A DNA stretch of 64,000 bases, counting the filler, from Rhizaria sp. SCN 62-66 (Eukaryota), in NCBI GenBank assembly GCA_001724265.1. It is 5 parts of 5 records of this genome, joined end to end, with 100 filler letters (N's around TTAATTAATTAA, not from the genome) between each part and the next. Parts side by side here need not be neighbours in the genome. Positions count along the whole stretch, not along the records: positions 42,332 to 54,327 come from MEDY01000539.1; positions 54,428 to 64,000 come from MEDY01000570.1; 3 more parts are not named here. The stretch is one strand, 5' to 3'. Positions 49,870-60,828 of the stretch are shown here, in pieces. Position numbers and translations under genes: made by a program. Below the pieces are notes generated by a model. The model saw only the letters and a program-made list of their open reading frames with translations. It ran no database searches and was not told where the DNA came from. Each line of letters starts with the position of its first letter. Positions within the stretch are counted from its first letter, which is position 1.

Positions 49870-52800
49870 TCACTGCTTGCCCGCCTCGACCCAGACAAGG
49901 CGCGCACGCAGCCGGAGCCTGGCGTCGAGCAGCGCGGCGTGCGCGGCCTTATGCGGCGCGCGCCACCACGCGCGCGGCTGCGGCGCGGCGGGCGCGTCGT
50001 AGCGGCTCAGCGCGAGCAGCGCGCGCAGCCGCGCCGCGGGTACGTCCTCCTCGGCCGTCGCGCCCAGCGGCAGCACGGCGGCGGCCGCGCGTAACGCCGT
50101 GGCGTAGCTGGCGAGCAGGTGGCCCGGCACGCCGCGCGGGCCCATCACGGCCAGGTAGCGTTCCACCACGGCGCCCACGGCGGCCAACGAGCGCGCCACG
50201 GCCGCAGACTCGGCGCAGGGCAGTGCCAGCAGCGGCGGCGCCGTCGCCGCGGGGTCCAGCGCGTCCCACGAGACCGTGGGCGTGAGGCGGCGGGCCAGCG
50301 CGCCGCCCGCGGCCGCGGCGGCGGCGACGGGCAGCGAGTGCCGCGAGCCCTGGATGGGAAAGATGGCGTCGTCGTCCCGCTCCGCCAGCGACGCGCACAC
50401 CGACGACGACGGGGCAGTAGCTGAGGCAGCGCCAGCAGCAGCAGCAGCAGCGGCCGCGTGGTCGGGGAGGAGCGCGAGCGCGAGCGCGACGGCGTCGACG
50501 GCGGAGCGCAGCGCGCCCACCAGTGGCAGCACGTCGTCGCTGACGCTCGCCTCGTGCTCGCGGTTCATGTTGCTCGCGCCCTGCCGCGGCTGCGCCGACA
50601 GCGGCGCGGCGGCGAGCGCGGCGGCGGCGGGCGCGAGCGGCCGCAGGCCCAGCGAGGCCACCAGCGCCGGCGACAGCTGCAGCGCGGGCGCGAGCGGGTC
50701 GCTGCCGCTGCTGCCACCGACATCGCTGGCGCCGTCCGCGTCGTCGGGCGCGTCGGTCGCGCCGCCGTCGTGCCGCGCAGGACACAGCAGCGGCGCCGCC
50801 GTCGCCGTCGCCCACAGCGTCACGCCGCAGTCGCCGCCCGCTGCGGCGGCCTCGGCGGCCGCGGCGGAGGCCGCGAAGGGGCTGGGGAGGGCCACGACGA
50901 AGGGCTCCGCAACGCTACTGCTGGAGCTATTGTTGTTATCAGCCTTACCTCCAGACGCGGACGTCGTGGCCGCAAGTGCGGAGGGGTAGAGCGCGGGCAG
51001 TGCGAGCTTGTTCGCGGGCGCGACGGCGGGCAGCAGGAGCGCGGCCGTGGCCAGCTCGTCGGCGGCGACGGCCGCGGCAAAAGCCGAGTAGCCGCGCAGC
51101 AGCCCTGCCGCGGCGCCCACGGCGGCACCGCGCGCGACGGCGACCTGCACCAGCACCTGCAGATGGTCGAGCACCTCGCGCGCAGCCAGCTTCACCGCCA
51201 GCGGCCACGCGAAGTTGTACGGCGGCACGCGCCTGAGCCCGTTGGCGGCGCTCGTGTCGGGCGGCGGCGCGAAGGCGTCCAGCGCGAGCGCGGCGCAGTG
51301 CAGCGCGCAGTGCGCGCGGTCCACGGCCAGCGGCAGCACGGCGCGCAGCAGCAGCGTCGCGCCCGCCTCGCCCGCCAGCGCCGCGCCGGGGCCGCCGGGG
51401 CCGCCGGGGGCGCCTGGGCCGGCCGCAGCGCCGGCGCCGAGCCCGCGGACGCAGTCGGCCGTGGTGTCGACCGAGTCCGCGGCGATGGGCTCCGAGAACT
51501 GCGGCGCGAGCGCGGCGGCCGTTGCGAGCCGCGCCCAGGCGCAGACCTCCTCCGGCGTGTCGGCCGAGAGCAGCTGCGCGGTCAGCACGTCCACCAGCGC
51601 CTCGCGCGTCAGCACGGGCGCACCCAGCGCCGTCTGCGCGCGCGCGAGGTCCGCCGCCGACAGCGAGGGCACCGCGCCCGCGCCGGACGCGGCTGCGGGC
51701 GCGAACAGGCTCACCGGGCCCGGCAGCGCCGCCGCGGCGCTGGCGCTATCCTCGCCCTCAGCAGTCGCCGCAGCAGCGCTACTCTTGCTCTTGCTGTTCT
51801 TGCCGATGCTGCTGTTGCTGCTACTGCTGCTGCTGCTGCTGGGCGCGATGGAGAGAAAGTGCGTGGCGGCGGCGGGGACGGCGCGCGCGGCGGGCGAGAG
51901 GCGCGCGCGCGTGCCGGCGGGCGGGAGCAGGAACTGCGTCCAGGGCAGCAGCGCGGGCGCCACGCGCGCGGCGGCGAGCGCGGCCGAGAGGTCCGCCCAG
52001 TCCTCCGCGGCCTGCGCGCGCGCCGCTGGGTCGCCCAGCACGGCGCGCGCCGTCTCGAACGCGGCCTGCAGCGGGACCCCGGCGAGCCCGCCCGCCAGCC
52101 CTGCGCTGAGCCCCGCGCCGCCGCCGTGGGCTGCGGCAGGCAGCGGGTCATCGTCGCCGCGCGCGGGCCGGTGCCGCGGGTCACTGAAGCCGCTCGCGGC
52201 GATGTTGTTGTTGCGCGGACGGTGGTCGTCCTCGTGGTCGATAGTGCAGTTGTTGTTCTTGTTGAAGTTGTTGTTGCGGCGGGCCTCGAAGGCGCCCAGC
52301 GCGCCGTAGGCGCCGGCCGAGTCGCGGCCGCGGCGGGGCAGCGCGAGCGCGCCGCGGGACAGTTGCGCGCGCCCGTTGCCGCGCGCCATGGCCGTGGGCG
52401 GGGCCGTGAGCGCGCCCAACCCCAGCTCGGGCGCCAGCCCCGCGCCCGCCAGCGCGCCCGTCACGGCGGCCAGCGCGGCGGCGGGCGGCGCGGCCGCGCG
52501 GAGCGACCAGCCCGAGAGCGCGAGCGGTGCCAGCAGCGCGGGCGGCAGCAGTGCGAGCAGCTCGCCCAGCCCCAGCGCGGGCGGCGCGTTGGGCGCGACC
52601 AGGGCCCAGCAGGCATCGCGCACCCAGGCGCGCGCGGCGACGGCCTGCGCGTAGCGCGAGATGGCGCCACGCGAGGGCCGCGCGACGAGCATGTCGGCCT
52701 GCGCGGCGGCCGAGGCCAGCAGGCGCCGCCGGTTCATCGTCAGCAGCGTCTCGGGCTTCGGCGCCGCGGCCGTCGAGGGCAGCGCGGGCAGCACGTGCTG

Positions 52801-54327
52801 CGTCAGCAGCGCCACAGCCGCCGCGGGCACCAGCGTCGGCTCGCGCGCCGCCGCCAGCGCGTTGTACGACAGCGCGCTGGCATTCGTGTTGCCGGCGTTG
52901 GTGTAGGCCGAGAGGGGCGAGTAGGGCGAACCCAGCGCGGCGAGGCGCGCCCAGGCGGCGAGCGCGCGGACCGCGGGCGGCGCGGCTGGAACGACCGCGG
53001 CGACGGCCCACGCCAGCGGCGACTCGGGCAGCGGCGCCGCGGCGGCCGCGCCCGCGCTCTGCTGCTGGTCCGAGGGCGTGGCGGCGAGCCCCAGCCCCGC
53101 GACCGAGGCGGGCGTCAGGCGCCACGGCAGCACGGGCACGGCCACGGCGGCCACGGCCAGCGCGGGCGCGGACCCGCCCGTCGCGAGCGCGGGCGGCGGC
53201 GCGGCCACCGTGGGTGCCGCGGCCGACACGTGCAGCAGCAGGTTCGCCTGCAGCAGCGGCAGCACCGCGCGCGTCACCGCGGGCGCGGGCACCAGGCCGC
53301 TCACGTCCATGTGCGCACTGGCGGAGCTCGCAGGCGCACTCGCGGGCGCGGGCGTGTTGCTGCTCGTGGCGGAGGCTGCGGCGGAGAGGGCGATCCAGTG
53401 GCGCAACACAGCCGCGGGCGGCACAGTACTCGCACTCGGACCGGCCCCCGCGCCAGCGGTGGCAGCCGCAGCGTTCTCGCTGCTGCTGTTGTTGCTGGTG
53501 CGCGCGTGGGCTGCGAACTGGCGCCAGAGCGCGGCGACGGTGGCGACGGCGGCGGCGCGCGCGGCGGCAACGTCCGCAGCGTCGGAGACGGCCACGGCGG
53601 GCCCGCGCGGAGCGGCCACGGCCGTCGTGTGCGGCCGCGCGGGCAGCGACAGCGACGGCACGGACGACACGAGCAGGCGCCGCAGCTGCGGCTCCACCAC
53701 GGGCGCGCCACTGCCGTCGTCGCCGGCGGCGCCACTGCGCGCGGCGCCGGCGCCCGCGGCAAGCGCGGCCGCGCGCACGCCGTCGGCGTTGTTGCGTGCG
53801 GTGAGCGCGGCGCGCGCCGCGGGCTGGAGCGGCGGCGCGACGCCGGGGCCCGCGGCGAGCGCTGCGAGGGAAGCCACGGCGAGCCGCAGCAGCAGGTCCG
53901 CGGCGTCGCCCCAGGCCGTCTCGTCCGCGAAGCACTGCGGACCGAAGACCGCGGCCTTGCTGCCGTGCCCGGAGCCGGCGGCGGCGGCGGCGGCCGCGAG
54001 GGCGGCGGTGCGCGCATGCGAGACGCGCGCCAGGTGCGCGAGCGCGGCGGCGGCGGCGGAGGCCCACTGCGCCGCGGGAACCGCCGCCAGCGCCTCCAGC
54101 TGCTGCTGCAGCTGCTGCTGCTGCAGCGTCGCGTGGGCGGCGGGCGCGAGCAGCGCGGCCAGGTCGGCCGCGGCTGCGGGGCCCCAGGCGCGCAGCTGCG
54201 GCTGCGAGAGCAGCTTGCCCCCCGGCAGCCCAGCGCCCGCGCCGGTCGCGCCGCGGCCCGCGCCCGCGGCCGAGGCCGAGGCGACTGGCGCGAGCGCGGC
54301 GGGGCTGAGCGCGGCGCGCGCGGCGGG
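49870..54327 (-). CDS. Hypothetical Ala/Leu-rich protein, 5' truncated at contig end
   Basis: Open frame of >1335 aa with the same codon style and low-complexity N/S linkers as neighbouring genes. Ends in TGA at the GC-to-AT transition. No domain recognised. Confidence 0.75.
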   Translation of the reverse strand, partial: PAARAALSPAALAPVASASAAGAGRGATGAGAGLPGGKLLSQPQLRAWGPAAAADLAALLAPAAHATLQQQQLQQQLEALAAVPAAQWASAAAAALAHLARVSHARTAALAAAAAAAGSGHGSKAAVFGPQCFADETAWGDAADLLLRLAVASLAALAAGPGVAPPLQPAARAALTARNNADGVRAAALAAGAGAARSGAAGDDGSGAPVVEPQLRRLLVSSVPSLSLPARPHTTAVAAPRGPAVAVSDAADVAAARAAAVATVAALWRQFAAHARTSNNSSSENAAAATAGAGAGPSASTVPPAAVLRHWIALSAAASATSSNTPAPASAPASSASAHMDVSGLVPAPAVTRAVLPLLQANLLLHVSAAAPTVAAPPPALATGGSAPALAVAAVAVPVLPWRLTPASVAGLGLAATPSDQQQSAGAAAAAPLPESPLAWAVAAVVPAAPPAVRALAAWARLAALGSPYSPLSAYTNAGNTNASALSYNALAAAREPTLVPAAAVALLTQHVLPALPSTAAAPKPETLLTMNRRRLLASAAAQADMLVARPSRGAISRYAQAVAARAWVRDACWALVAPNAPPALGLGELLALLPPALLAPLALSGWSLRAAAPPAAALAAVTGALAGAGLAPELGLGALTAPPTAMARGNGRAQLSRGALALPRRGRDSAGAYGALGAFEARRNNNFNKNNNCTIDHEDDHRPRNNNIAASGFSDPRHRPARGDDDPLPAAAHGGGAGLSAGLAGGLAGVPLQAAFETARAVLGDPAARAQAAEDWADLSAALAAARVAPALLPWTQFLLPPAGTRARLSPAARAVPAAATHFLSIAPSSSSSSSSNSSIGKNSKSKSSAAAATAEGEDSASAAAALPGPVSLFAPAAASGAGAVPSLSAADLARAQTALGAPVLTREALVDVLTAQLLSADTPEEVCAWARLATAAALAPQFSEPIAADSVDTTADCVRGLGAGAAAGPGAPGGPGGPGAALAGEAGATLLLRAVLPLAVDRAHCALHCAALALDAFAPPPDTSAANGLRRVPPYNFAWPLAVKLAAREVLDHLQVLVQVAVARGAAVGAAAGLLRGYSAFAAAVAADELATAALLLPAVAPANKLALPALYPSALAATTSASGGKADNNNSSSSSVAEPFVVALPSPFAASAAAAEAAAAGGDCGVTLWATATAAPLLCPARHDGGATDAPDDADGASDVGGSSGSDPLAPALQLSPALVASLGLRPLAPAAAALAAAPLSAQPRQGASNMNREHEASVSDDVLPLVGALRSAVDAVALALALLPDHAAAAAAAAGAASATAPSSSVCASLAERDDDAIFPIQGSRHSLPVAAAAAAGGALARRLTPTVSWDALDPAATAPPLLALPCAESAAVARSLAAVGAVVERYLAVMGPRGVPGHLLASYATALRAAAAVLPLGATAEEDVPAARLRALLALSRYDAPAAPQPRAWWRAPHKAAHAALLDARLRLRARLVWVEAGKQ

Positions 54328-54427
54328 NNNNNNNNNNNNNNNNNNNNNNNNNNNNNNNNNNNNNNNNNNNNTTAATTAATTAANNNNNNNNNNNNNNNNN
54401 NNNNNNNNNNNNNNNNNNNNNNNNNNN
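54328..54427. other. Artificial contig-joining spacer
   Basis: 100 nt of N surrounding TTAATTAATTAA. Confidence 0.97.
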
Positions 54428-56603
54428 CCGCCGCCGCGGCCGCAGCGCCCCCGGCGCCGCGCCCAGTCAGCGCTGTTGCCATGGCGGCGGCGGTGGCGGC
54501 GCCGGCGGCGGCCAGCGGCGGCAAGGGCACCGCGCCAGCGGCCCGGGCGGCGGCGGAGGCGGCGTTGCTGGCCGCGGCGGCCGCGGCGTCGGCAATGCTC
54601 CCACCGTGCGCGGCGACGGCGGCCGCGGTCGAGGTGGCGGCCGCGACGGCGGCGGCCGCGGCGTCCGCGGCGGCCTGACCCACCACAGCAAGTCCGTCGG
54701 CTGCGGTATCGGCGGCGGCGGGCGCGGCGCAGGCCGCGGCGGCATCGGCGGCGGCCTGCGCGGCACTCGGCAGCAGGTAACCGACACCGCCGTTGCTGAC
54801 GCCGCCGCCACCGCCGGTGACGCCGGTGAGTCCGCTGGCGGCGGCCGCGCCGCCGGCGAGCGCGCTAGCGGCGCCGGCGGTGTTGGTCGACGTGTGGGGC
54901 GTAGTGCTGAGCAGTTGCGAAACAAACACCGGCATCACCACGCCCGCGCGGCCGACGCCGGCTGCGCCAGCCTTACTCTTCGACCGGGACGCGTTGTTCG
55001 CAGCACTCACACGCGAGCTAGAGTCGGTTGCGGCTGTCGGTGGGAGGAAGGCGTTGCTGTTGGCGACCGCTAGCAGCGCCCTTGCGTCGCCGACCGCGGT
55101 GCGCCTGGACAGCACATGCTTCACCGCCTTGGGTCGTCCGCGCCGCCGCACGCCCGCGTCTGCCCCCGCTCCCGCCGCCCCGGCCGAGGCCTCGCCCCCC
55201 CCGTCGAGACCGGCGGCGTCGGCGACGGCGGCCGAGGCCTCGAGTCGCGCCGCCGCGGCCGCCGCGGAGGCCGGAACAGCCGCGGGCGAGGCCAGCGGAA
55301 TCGGCTCCGGCGGCGGCAGCCCCTCGGACGCGGCGATCGCAGCGTTGATTGCGTTGGCGCGCGCCTTGTACTCCTGCGTCGAGGTGCGCCCGCGGCGCCA
55401 GCGGATCGCCGCCAGCGCCGGCCGCAGCGGCTTCCCGGCGGCCGCGGCGGCCTCGGCGGCTGCGGCGACGGTCGGGTTCACGTAGCTCACGAGCCGACAC
55501 GCGGGGCCGTTGCGGTCAGTGCTCGCGAAGATGGCCGCTTCGAACCCGCCGGGGGGGCGCACGGCCGTGCGTTCGTCGTACGGCACAAACTCGGCATCGC
55601 CCTCAGCAGCGGCGGCGGCGGCGGCGGCGGCGCTGGCGTGGACGGCGGTTGGTGCCGCCGAGGGGATGTCGTCGTCGGCGTCTGACTCGGCAGCGGCGGC
55701 AAAGCCGGGCGTATACTCGCCAAACACCGCAGCGCTCTAGTTGTCGTCGCGCTTGGCGCCCCAGCCCTTGGCCCTGGCGCTGGCGATGCTCTCGTTGACG
55801 GCGTGCACTGTGGTGAGGTTCGCAGCCAGCGCGGCGGCCGCGGCGACGGGCGACGACGACGGCGGCGCTGCCGCGACGTCCGTGGCCGTCTTATCCGCAG
55901 CCAGCGCCAGCGTGTTGAGCTCGCTGAGCGACGTGAGCACGGCCGGGTAGCGCCGGCGGGTCTCGGCCATGGCCGCGTCGATGCCGTAGAGCTCCGACAC
56001 ATCGCTGGTCAGTGCGTTGGGCGGCAGCGCGATGCGGCGCAGCGGCGGCGGGATCGTGGCCACCACGGCCGGGGTGGCGCCGATGAGCTCGAACAGGCTC
56101 AGCTGCGATAATAAGTGGGCGGGGGCGTGCGTGCTGACGCGCAGGTACGCGGGAGTGGTCGCGTCTGCAGTGTGTGCAGCGTTTGCCGCAGGCGCCGCGG
56201 CGGCGTCGGTGGAGTCTGCGGAAGGGTTACTGTACAGAGTGACGAGAGCGTTGTCGCCAGCAGCAGTGAGCAGATACACAGTCTGGTGCTCAGCCTGTGT
56301 CAGAGAACTACCGTAAGTTTCAGACCGCGACTGCGGCTGGCCATGGCCAGTGCGAGCTGCGCTCTGACTCCCCGTCGGGAGGATTGCACTCACACCTCCT
56401 TGTTGCTGCTTGACCTTGACCGCGCCCGGTGCAGGGATCTTATCGTCCAGAACGCACTGGATATACGCATCGATCCCGCCCATCGCGGCGATATCGCGCT
56501 CCACCGCCGCTGCCGCAGCCTCTTCGCGTGACGGCAGCGTGCGCACAGTGACCCCACCCACTCGCGCCACAACTGCGCTGACACGGGCCTTGCTGTCAAC
56601 GGT

Positions 56604-56641
<38 letters not shown>

Positions 56642-58951
56642 CAGCAGCAGCGTCGTTAGATGCTGAGTCAACGCTCTTGCTGGCGATGTGCGGCTCCGTC
56701 TTTGTCATGACTGCGGTGTCGGCACCAGCCTTCGCTTTCGCCCTCGCACTCGCGGCACCACTGGCATTAGCCCGGGAGCTCGAGCCAGTGCTATCCGAGT
56801 CTGCTGCATCGGCGTCCGAGGCGTGCTTGTTCATATTGTCGCTGTGAGTGTCCACCGTGACGAAAACGCGCCCGTGCTCCGTGGCCAGCGCGAGCAGGCT
56901 CTCGCGACTGGCCGCGTCAGCGAGCACGGCACCGTTGCTTTCACTCACGAAGTCGCCGTTGACTGCGTTGTACGCGCCAGAGCTCGACACCGAGCAGCTG
57001 CTGTCCCCGTCCGTCATGAGCTCCTGCTTGACCGCCGCGTCGGGCGGCAGCCGCTGCAACGGCCGCTGCTGCCGCTGCTGCACCGCGCGCGCGAGCTTCG
57101 CCCCGTACGCGGCGTGGAAGTACTGCGCCTGGGCGAGCGCGTTGGCCTCCTTGACGGCCACGATGGCGTACTGAGCGAGGACGAGGCGCTGCAGCCGCTC
57201 GCGCTTCTCGGCGACGGCGATGCGTTTGGAGACGATCGCCCACTCGAGCGCCTCGCGGGAGAGCATGTGGGCGGGTAGACCGACCCAATACAGGTCGTTC
57301 TTCTCGCTCTTGTCCCCCTTAACCCCCGCGCTTGCATTCGCACTCGTAGAACCAGAGCCAGAGCCAACGCCAGAGCCAGCGCTGACTGTGACGTTGTCGA
57401 CAGAGCTCAAGTTCACGCCGGCGCTAGCGTTGAGCCCCGATGACGAGTCGGCGCCGGCAGCGCTAGCGCCTGCGTTGGAGCCCGCGCCTGACACAGCTGC
57501 GTGGGCGTGTGAGGCCGGGGGCGCGCGGCTAATGATGCCCATGGCTTCCAGCACGTTGATGGCGTCGTAAATGCGGCGACGGATGTTGCGCTCCTCGAAG
57601 TGGAAGTTGCCAGACTCCTGCATCAGAAGCGAGTATTGCATCAGCAAGCGCACGTCGTTCACCGTCAACGGACGCTGCTGTTGCTGCGGCTGTTGCTGGT
57701 CGGCGTCTGCGTCAGCGTCTGCGTCGGCATCAGCGTCAGCGTCGGCTTCGGCCGCCGCCTTTCTGGCGTTTGCCGCGTTGCCTGCGCTGGTCGCCTTGGC
57801 CGCCTTGCTGGTGCGGCCGCGCCTCTTGGCGACGGTGACCGTGGAGACTATGGTTTCGTACAGAGCAGGGGCAGAGTCGAGCAGCGCCGCGCGGGCGGCA
57901 CTTGCATCAACGGTATTTACATTCGCGATCGCGGCACCTTCATCTTCCCCGTCAGCCATACTTACCCCCGCCCCAGCAGCACTACCACTAACTTCAGCGT
58001 CCTCGGCGTCAGCGTCAGCTACACCAGCATCACTGCTTTTGCTGTTGACGCTGCTACTCTTGTTATGGCTGTGTGGCGCGGCGGCGGCGACGGCGGCCGA
58101 GACCCCGTCGACGAGCGACTTGAGCACTGCCGCATCGAGCGCGCTGACATCGATGCCAGCGTCCTTGGCAACGGTGCGGCGCGCGTTGTCGATGAGCTCG
58201 GCGCAGATCTTGTTGTAGCCCGTCGCGAGACACATCGACATGATGCGGCAGACGGCCGTGGCGAAGGAGCGCAGCGAGAAGGTGTCACGGCGAATCGTCA
58301 TTGGCTGCTGCTGCTGCGGCGGCGGCGGCACACTTGCACTAGCATTCGCAGCGGCAGCAGCAGCAGCAGCAGCGGCGGCAGCGGCAGCGTTGGTGGTAGT
58401 CGTCGCGGTTGCCGCGTCATTGCTGCCGCGAGGGTTGACGGTGAAATCGCCACTGCACAGCGGGTTGAGGTGGTTCGCCTGCGTCATCACAAGGTTCGAC
58501 CCCACAGACACACTGACCAATGGGTTCGGGTTCGCCCCCGCCGCAGCCACAGCAGCCGCGGCGGCAGCCACGGACACGGTCGACGCCGGCGCGGCGGCGG
58601 CGGCGGTGGCGGCGGCGGAGACGGCGGCGGCGGCCGCGCGTGCGGCGGCCGCGGCGGCAGCGACGGGACCCGGGAGGGGCACACCGTCACCGGGCACGCC
58701 GGCAGCGGCGGCGGCGGCGACGGCGAGGTTGTTGCCGGCGGTGGCCGCGAGAAGGGTCTTGCGGGGCAGCAAGGCGCTCTGCTGCTGTTGCTGTTGTTGT
58801 TGCTGCAGTTGAAGCTGCTGCTGCTGGATTTGCTGCTGCAGCAGCATGTGCTTGTTCGGGTTGCTGGCGATATCTGTCGCAGACGCGGCGGCGGCAGCAG
58901 CAGCGGCAGCAGCAGCAGCAGCGGCGGCGGCATAGGCGACCTTGCTGTTGT

Positions 58952-58989
<38 letters not shown>

Positions 58990-59579
58990 ATGCCACCAGC
59001 GGTGCTGCGCAAGCCGTGCGAACGTGCGCTGCTGCTGACTCTTGCGCTCACACTACTACTACTACTACTACTGCTGCTGCTTGTGCTGCTGGTACTGATG
59101 TTGTATAGTGGGTTGAGCATGCTAGGCTTCGGCGCAGAAGCAGCAGCAGCGGTGGCAGGGGCTGTGGCCGTGGATTTGACCGGTGACGACGACAGCGCAT
59201 TGCCGGCGGAGGCGCGCATCACGGTGCCCGGGACAACGTACGGCGACTTGCTGCTCACGGTCACTGCCGGCCCCACGCCACTGGCACTGACACCGCTGCC
59301 GTGGCCGTGGCTGTAGGACTGGGCGAACGATATAGAGTGCGTGAGCGAGTGCGCGTTTGGAGTCGTGCCCGTGGGGCCGGCGCTGGCGGCGGCGGCGCTC
59401 GTTGGGCTGAACACGGGGATCGTCGGCGTTGTCAGCGTTGACGCAGGCTGAGAAAGCAGGGTGGCGCTGACGCTAGCAGCGGTGGCATTGGGAGTCGAGG
59501 TCGCGTTGCCGTTGCCGTTGCTGCTGTTGCTGCTGTTGACGTAGCCGTTGCTGGCGGCAGAGGGAGGGGCGCCACTCAT
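54428..59579 (-). CDS. E2F/DP-family transcription factor (DP-like), 3' truncated, read through 1 TAG
   Basis: DP winged-helix motifs SLRSFATAVC...TGYNKICAELI and EERNIRRRIYDAINVLEAMGIISR...LYWVGLP, followed by a coiled coil (RIAVAEKRERLQRL). The frame continues past TAG 55737-55739 for >430 codons. Confidence 0.83.
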
Positions 59580-60828
59580 CGGGTTAGTCGCACTGGGGCG
59601 CAGGCACGGGCTGTGTGCAACGCTGTTAGATCAGCCGAGCGTGCGCCACACGAGAGGAGCGCGCTGCGTTTGTGTGGTTACACGAGGTACGTCTGCGCCG
59701 CAGTGCTTTGCAAGAGCAGAGCGCGCGTGCAAGGACTGCAAACAGCAGGGCACGCAAGAACGCGTTGCGGAAAGCTGGGCTGGGCAGCGGTGGCTGTGCG
59801 TGAGCTGGTTAGCGGCAGCGTCAGACACGGGGCGGCGTGCAGTGTTACGAAGAGGCGTCGATGGAGTGCGCCTAAGGAGTGCAGACTCGACTGTGGTGAC
59901 GGGAAAAGAGGGCGCGTAAAGGAGAAACTAAAAGGTAAGTTAGGGTTGTAGTGCATCCATGTGATGCCGCTGGTATATGCGTGTTTCACAACAGTGGCAG
60001 GCGTCGCAGCCAGGGCGAAGAATATATCTGAGCATGTAGGAGGTGCAAAGCGAACTTTCTTTCATAAACCACACACGTGAATTGCACTAAACTAGATGAA
60101 GAGCGCAACCAAGCGCTATTAAACAACCGCATTAAAATAGCTGCCATGTAGTTATCTCGTAAATGTGCGTATATAAATCATGCTGGGAGGATCGATGCAG
60201 GGTGCTGAGGCGCCAAGAGGGCGGGAGACTACACAAGCTGGGTCCGACCCATGCCGGTACATAGCTGCATGCTGCACGAAAATAAACGTATTCACAAGAC
60301 AATATAGCCATGGGTTCCCACAAGAATACTCCAAATTTCCCTTTGGTAGGCTATCTAGACCAGCATCGACGCGCCTTTTTTCCCGCAGATGGCGGGCGCG
60401 CCAAGCCCCTGACTGACGAGCGGCAAGAAAACAAGAGTCCACAGGCACTATATCACCAAGTCAACTCGATGGCGGTGAATAATATTAGAGCTAAAACAGC
60501 CATTAGTCCACAAAAACGTTGCAATATATAGTAAAAACTCGTAGTTTATTTGAACAGGTGCAATTAGTTAGCGGATATCATTCTTTAAGTGATTGTTACG
60601 CACCATCACCGTTTGGCTTTGATTCATTGCAGATTCATAATGAATGGTTAGTTGCATTTTACGCAACCACTATCAACTGAAAAGTTCAAGTTATACGTAT
60701 GTACAAAGTCCACGAGTTGCTCCCTGACAAGCACAACGTCAACACCGGCCATTCTGCTAATCTCAGTCCGACTGTTGAATAGTTACGCGTATCTGCGTAC
60801 ATGATCCGTTAGCCAGCACATTTGCGCT

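Noticed and set aside
50458-54379. Long antisense and alternate-frame ORFs (e.g. 1305 aa on +, 532 aa at 27420..29018)
   Set aside because: Shadow ORFs caused by stop-poor, very GC-rich coding sequence; the translations are Arg/Gly-rich with no motifs.
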